From positions 1 to 27,230 of the forward strand of contig JBQTGV010000138.1 in assembly GCA_052390515.1 (NCBI GenBank): DNA of 27,230 bases, in the 5' to 3' direction. Numbering within the stretch: position 1 is the first letter of the stretch; the number at the start of each line of letters is the position of its first letter. Both the position numbers and the translations under genes were made by a program. The notes below the pieces were generated by a model. It saw only the letters and a program-made list of their open reading frames with translations. It had not been told where the DNA came from and did no database searches. The DNA comes from Candidatus Eiseniibacteriota bacterium (GTDB lineage Bacteria; ARS69). Positions 23,130-27,230 of this stretch are shown here, piece by piece.

Positions 23130-24482
23130 TCAGTCCAGGAACCACGCCGTGGTGAGCGGCGACGTCCGGAAGAAGTCGTAGAGCATCGTCCCGATCTTCG
23201 TCCGCGCCGGTACGGCGGGATGCGCGCAGTCCGGATTCAGCTCCGACGGAGACCAGGTGAGGCCCTGGGAGTTCGCGTTGCCGCCGTCGGCCCACATGTA
23301 CGGACCCCAGGCGAGCCACGGCGCGACGTCGAGTCCGAGATCCCCCGCGATCGGATCGATGCTGCCGGTGGCCAGCTGCTCGATCTGCGCCTCGATCAGC
23401 CATTTGACCGCGAAGCCGGTCTCGTAGGCGAAGGGCTCGTCGCTCGGGCCGCCCTGCGAGCAGCTCCAGATGCGAGTGGCCAGGTACACCTGCTTCACGT
23501 TCGGATACGTGCTCTTGAGCGCGCGGGCTACGTCGCCCCACTTGCCGAGCAGGTCGAATGCGTCGGCGTTCACGTTGGGCAGCCCGACCGTGGGATCCAG
23601 ATTCGCCATCTTGCACCAGATCACCTCGACGTCCGCCTCGGTCCGGCCGGCCTGCTGCAGCCAGCCCTGAACGAAGCCGTATGCCGGATCGGAAGGCGAG
23701 TCCCAGTCCGTCGCCACGCGTCCGCCGATGCCGCCGTTCACCAGCACGAGGTTGTCGTTGAGGATCGCGTCGCCCCACGCCTGGCCGATGAACGAGTAGT
23801 TCGCGCAACCCTGCGGTCCGATCTGGCCGCCGAAGGACACGTCGCGCTGATTGATGGGATCGCAGAACTCCATCTTGCAGTTGGAGAACCCGATCGAGAG
23901 CAGGACGAACGGCTGGCTCGTGTCCACCTGCGGCTGCCGCGCGACGTGCGCCGCCGGGCAGTCGTTGCTCCCGGGGTAGAGCAGGCCGGGGAAGCTCCTG
24001 TAGGTGTACCCCTGCATGTCGATCAACGCGATGGACGCGGTGGTGTCGGTGAGCACCGGCTGCGCGGACACGGTGAGGCTGGGGAGAGTGGACGTGACCG
24101 CAGCCCCGTCGACGGTCGCGCTGATCGTCGTGGGCGTGCCTTCCGTCGCCCCGGTGAAGCGCGCCGTGTAGGTGCCGTCGCCGTGATCCGTCGTGGCGCC
24201 GATCGCCCCCTGGCTGCTTCCACCGGACGCGGCGAAGGTCACGGCGCGTCCTCCGCTCGTGATCGCGGACCCCGCATCGTCCCGCGCGTGCAGCGTGAGC
24301 GTGGAGAAGGCACCCGGCGCGATCGACTCGGGAAAGACGGTCACGACGGATCGGGAGAGCGAGACCGTGCCCGGGCCGGGGACGTTGCCGGCGGGGTTGT
24401 CGTCACCGCAGCCGGAGGCGAAGAGCATGGCCAGGGCGACGGCGGTCCGCCGCAGCGTACGGCGCGTCAGCGCGATGCTCAT
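23130..24482 (-). CDS. Lipoprotein with invasin/Big-type Ig domain and SGNH-like hydrolase domain (450 aa)
   Basis: ATG 24482 with GGGAG RBS; signal plus lipobox 'MLFASGC'; Ig motif 'TTDHGDGTYTARFTG'; 'SIGFSN', 'NGGIGG' and 'DCAHP' resemble SGNH blocks I, II and V. Confidence 0.7.
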   Translation of the reverse strand: MSIALTRRTLRRTAVALAMLFASGCGDDNPAGNVPGPGTVSLSRSVVTVFPESIAPGAFSTLTLHARDDAGSAITSGGRAVTFAASGGSSQGAIGATTDHGDGTYTARFTGATEGTPTTISATVDGAAVTSTLPSLTVSAQPVLTDTTASIALIDMQGYTYRSFPGLLYPGSNDCPAAHVARQPQVDTSQPFVLLSIGFSNCKMEFCDPINQRDVSFGGQIGPQGCANYSFIGQAWGDAILNDNLVLVNGGIGGRVATDWDSPSDPAYGFVQGWLQQAGRTEADVEVIWCKMANLDPTVGLPNVNADAFDLLGKWGDVARALKSTYPNVKQVYLATRIWSCSQGGPSDEPFAYETGFAVKWLIEAQIEQLATGSIDPIAGDLGLDVAPWLAWGPYMWADGGNANSQGLTWSPSELNPDCAHPAVPARTKIGTMLYDFFRTSPLTTAWFLD

Positions 24483-24631
24483 CGGATCTCCCACGGGGGT
24501 CGTGCGCGGACATTCTGGCACCCGAGCGGGCGCGAGTCCACTTCCCTCGTTTCGGCGCGCTCGAGGGGCAGCCTTGAGCGGAGACCGCGCCGATCTGGCT
24601 GGAACTTGCGCCCTCTCGCTCCCGCTTGCGC

Positions 24632-25444
24632 CTATCCGTAGAGGCCGGCGGCCTTGTGCGCGGAGGTGAGGATACCCTTGATGAGGGCCGAGCTGAAGCC
24701 CTGGTGCTCCATCTCGTTCAGTCCGGCGATGGTGCAACCACGAGGCGTGGTCACGCGGTCGATCTCGGACTCGGGGTGGCGGTCCTCCTCCACGAGGAGC
24801 GCGGCGGCGCCCTTGGCCGTGTGCGCCGCGAGCAGGAGCGCCTCCTCGGGATGGAAGCCGATCTCGATCCCGCCCTGGGAAGCGGCCCGGATGGAACGGA
24901 GGAAGAACGCGATGCCGCACGCGCAGAGCGCCGTGGCCGGGATCATGAGCGCTTCCCGAATCACCAGCGTGCGCCCCACGCCGTCGAATAGCGCCGCGGC
25001 CTCGGCGAGCGCGTCGGCATCTTCGCTCTCCGCGGTGAGGCAAGTCATCGACTCGCGCACGGCGACCGCGGTGTTGGGCATGGCGCGCACGATCGGCAGC
25101 TTGATGCGGAGCAGATCCCGCAGCTGCTCCAGAGACACGCCGGAGACGGTGGAGATGACGCGATGCCAGCGCGGCTCGAGCGCGTCCCGGATGCCGTCGA
25201 CGAGAGACTGGAGCTGCTGGGGCTGCACTGCGAGCACGAGGATGTGCGCCCCGCGGACCGCGGCGAGGTTGTCCGTTCCGGTGCCGAATCCATCGGCGGC
25301 GAGCGGTGCGAGCTTCTCGGCGTCGCGGCGCGTCACATGGATCCGGGCAGCGTCGACCGTCCCGCTCCCCGCCCAGCCGCGCGCCAGGGCCTGCCCCAGG
25401 TTGCCGGCGCCAAGGATGGCGATGGATGCCGTGCCGCGAGTCAT
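24632..25444 (-). CDS. proC: Pyrroline-5-carboxylate reductase (270 aa)
   Basis: 'IAILGAGNLG', 'LAVQP', 'VRAMPNT', 'VTTPRGCTIAGLNEMEHQG'. Confidence 0.95.
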   Translation of the reverse strand: MTRGTASIAILGAGNLGQALARGWAGSGTVDAARIHVTRRDAEKLAPLAADGFGTGTDNLAAVRGAHILVLAVQPQQLQSLVDGIRDALEPRWHRVISTVSGVSLEQLRDLLRIKLPIVRAMPNTAVAVRESMTCLTAESEDADALAEAAALFDGVGRTLVIREALMIPATALCACGIAFFLRSIRAASQGGIEIGFHPEEALLLAAHTAKGAAALLVEEDRHPESEIDRVTTPRGCTIAGLNEMEHQGFSSALIKGILTSAHKAAGLYG

Positions 25445-25547
25445 GGTGGGGAATCTAGACCGCGACCTCGTTCGGTGGCAAGGCGCGATCGGCCGCCGCA
25501 AGGGGATCGGGCGGATCGCCGAGGTGCGGGCGCTGAGCAGCGGCGGA

Positions 25548-25901
25548 TCAGGCGAAGAAGCGCCCGTACATCTCCGGATGGAACCCCACGAGCAGCGTTC
25601 GCCCCATCCGAACCGTGGGCGCGCGGAGATTGCCGGTCGGGCCGAGGAGCAGTGCCGCCAGCGCGCCGTCATCGGGCCGGTCCTTCACGAGATCGACGCG
25701 GATGACGGTCTTGCCCTTCGCCACGAAGATCTCGCGTACGTTTCGCGCCGCCGCCAGAGCCTCCTTCCGGCCCAGCGGGGTCCGCTTGGCATCGGTCACC
25801 TCGACCGCCTCGATCTTCGCCCGCGTCAGGAACTCCTGCGCCCTGCCGCAGCTCGTTCAGCCGCGGCGGTGGTGAAGCCAGTCGATCCGCCTCGGCGGCA
25901 T
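25548..25901 (-). CDS. ArsC/Spx-like thioredoxin-fold selenoprotein (117 aa, Sec at codon 15, UxxC)
   Basis: ATG 25901 with a purine-rich RBS reads MPPRRIDWLHHRRG-TGA-TSCGRAQEFL... in frame with the 83-aa ORF carrying 'LLGPTGNLRAPT...LLVGF'; TGA at 25859-25857. Confidence 0.85.
25823..25841 (-). promoter_or_regulatory. Putative bacterial SECIS hairpin
   Basis: Minus strand GCG-CAGG-AGTT-CCTG-A-CGC; G-containing 4-nt loop 22 nt downstream of the in-frame TGA. Confidence 0.6.
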
Positions 25902-25927
25902 CGTGCTCTCTCTCCCTCGCGTCCACC

Positions 25928-27230
25928 TCACTCGAGGCGGATGGACTTCTGTGTGGCGGCGAACGAGCCGGCCTGCAGGCGGACGAGATAGAGGCCCGCG
26001 GAGACCCGCTGGTTGGACTCGTTCCGGCCGTCCCAGGTGATCACGAAGCGGCCTGGTGCCATGGTGCCACTCACCAAGCTCCTCACCAGCCGTCCCGTCG
26101 TGTCGAACACCACGAGACTCACCGTCTCGGCCACGGGCAGATCGAACTCGATCGTCGTGCTCTCGTGGAAGGGGTTCGGCCGTCCGGTGGACAGGGCGAA
26201 GGACGTGGGTACGAGGGCGATCGGTCCGGCCGAGACCAGCGTTGTCACGGTGATGTCGGCGGAGTCGGAGTCGTTGGCGGCATTCGGATCTGCCTGATCG
26301 GAAGCGGTGACGCTCGCTGTGTTGGTGATGGTGGAGCTGCCGGTACCCAGGTCCACCGTGGCGGTGATGTCCAGCGTGGCGGAGGCGGCGTTCGCCAGGG
26401 AGCCGACGACCCAGAGGCCGGTGCCGCTCGTGTAGGTGCCCTGACTGGGGACATCGGAGACGTAGGTCACGCCGGCCGGGAGCAGGTCCGTGACCTCGAC
26501 GCCGGTGGCGCCGTTCGGGCCGCCATTGGTGACGGTCACGGTGTAGACGACGGTTCCGCCTTCCGACGGCGCGGGATCGTCCACCAACTTGGTCACCGCC
26601 AGATCCGCGATTCCCTCCACGGTGATGTCGGCGGAGTCGGAGTCGTTGGCGGCATTCGCATCGGCCTGATCGGAAGCGGTGACGCTCGCGGTGTTGGTGA
26701 TGAGGGAGCCGGAGGTGCCGAGGTCGACCGTCGCGGTGATGTCGAGCGTCGCGGAAGCGGCGTTCGCCAGGGAGCCGACGACCCAGAGGCCGGTGCCGCT
26801 GGTGTAGGTGCCCTGACTGGGGACATCGGAGACGTAGGTCACGCCGGCCGGGAGCAGGTCGGTGACTTCGATGCCAGTGGCGGCATCCGGACCGCCGTTG
26901 CTCACCGTGACGGTGTAGACGATGGTTCCACCCTCGGAGGGCGAGACGTCGTCGACGATCTTCGCCACGGAGAGATCGGCCGTCTCCTGCACGTTGATGT
27001 CGGCGGAGTCTGAGTAGTTGGCGGCATTCGGATCGGCCTGATCGGAGGCGGTGACGCTCGCGGTGTTGGTGATGAGGGAGCCGGAGGTGCCGAGGTCGAC
27101 CGTCGCGGTGATGTCGAGCGTCTCGGAAGCGGCGTTCGCCAGGGAGCCGACGACCCAGAGGCCGGTGCCGCTGGTGTAGGTGCCCTGACTGGGGACATCG
27201 GAGACGTAGGTCACGCCGGCCGGGAGCAGG
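25928..27230 (-). CDS. DUF11-repeat surface protein with C-terminal FlgD-Ig/T9SS-like domain (5' partial)
   Basis: Repeats 'ADLAVTK.VDD..PSEGGTVVYTVTVTNGGP..ATGVEVTDLLPAGVTYVS...ITNTASV'; C-terminal 'PNPFHESTTIEFDLP...WDGRNESNQRVSAGLYLVRL'. The frame stays open to the window end. Confidence 0.9.
   Translation of the reverse strand, partial: LLPAGVTYVSDVPSQGTYTSGTGLWVVGSLANAASETLDITATVDLGTSGSLITNTASVTASDQADPNAANYSDSADINVQETADLSVAKIVDDVSPSEGGTIVYTVTVSNGGPDAATGIEVTDLLPAGVTYVSDVPSQGTYTSGTGLWVVGSLANAASATLDITATVDLGTSGSLITNTASVTASDQADANAANDSDSADITVEGIADLAVTKLVDDPAPSEGGTVVYTVTVTNGGPNGATGVEVTDLLPAGVTYVSDVPSQGTYTSGTGLWVVGSLANAASATLDITATVDLGTGSSTITNTASVTASDQADPNAANDSDSADITVTTLVSAGPIALVPTSFALSTGRPNPFHESTTIEFDLPVAETVSLVVFDTTGRLVRSLVSGTMAPGRFVITWDGRNESNQRVSAGLYLVRLQAGSFAATQKSIRLE
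26251..27230. repeat. Intragenic 372-bp (124-aa) direct repeats, about 2.6 copies visible
   Basis: TGATGTCGGCGGAGTC recurs at 26251, 26623 and 26995, with long near-identical nucleotide blocks between. Confidence 0.9.

Overview
High-GC bacterial window. Its core is an apparently complete, tightly coupled 11-gene hybrid NRPS-PKS operon on the + strand (3545-23129): free ACP, two KAS III-like proteins (one lacking the catalytic Cys), a PrnC-like flavin halogenase, an odd three-domain protein (degenerate TIR-like / PLD-like / SAM methyltransferase), NRPS1 (starter C-A[Pro/Pip-like]-PCP), a PKS (KS-AT-KR-ACP-sulfotransferase, no TE), NRPS2 (C-A[beta-Ala-like]-PCP, no TE), two alpha/beta hydrolases (one without a nucleophile, one with a Cys nucleophile) and a PPTase. 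The CurM-type sulfotransferase sits in the middle of the assembly line, and there are two 'dead + live' enzyme pairs. Together these suggest an unusual halogenated, sulfated acyl-peptide/polyketide with non-canonical loading and release. The flanks (minus strand) hold an S74-chaperone trimeric fibre protein, two FlgD-Ig/T9SS-like C-terminal-domain proteins (one with 372-bp DUF11 repeats, truncated at the window end), a YfcE-like phosphoesterase, an invasin-domain/SGNH-like lipoprotein, proC, and an ArsC-family selenoprotein (UxxC via in-frame TGA plus a SECIS-like hairpin) that the ORF track truncates. All family calls come from motif recognition by eye, with no database search.
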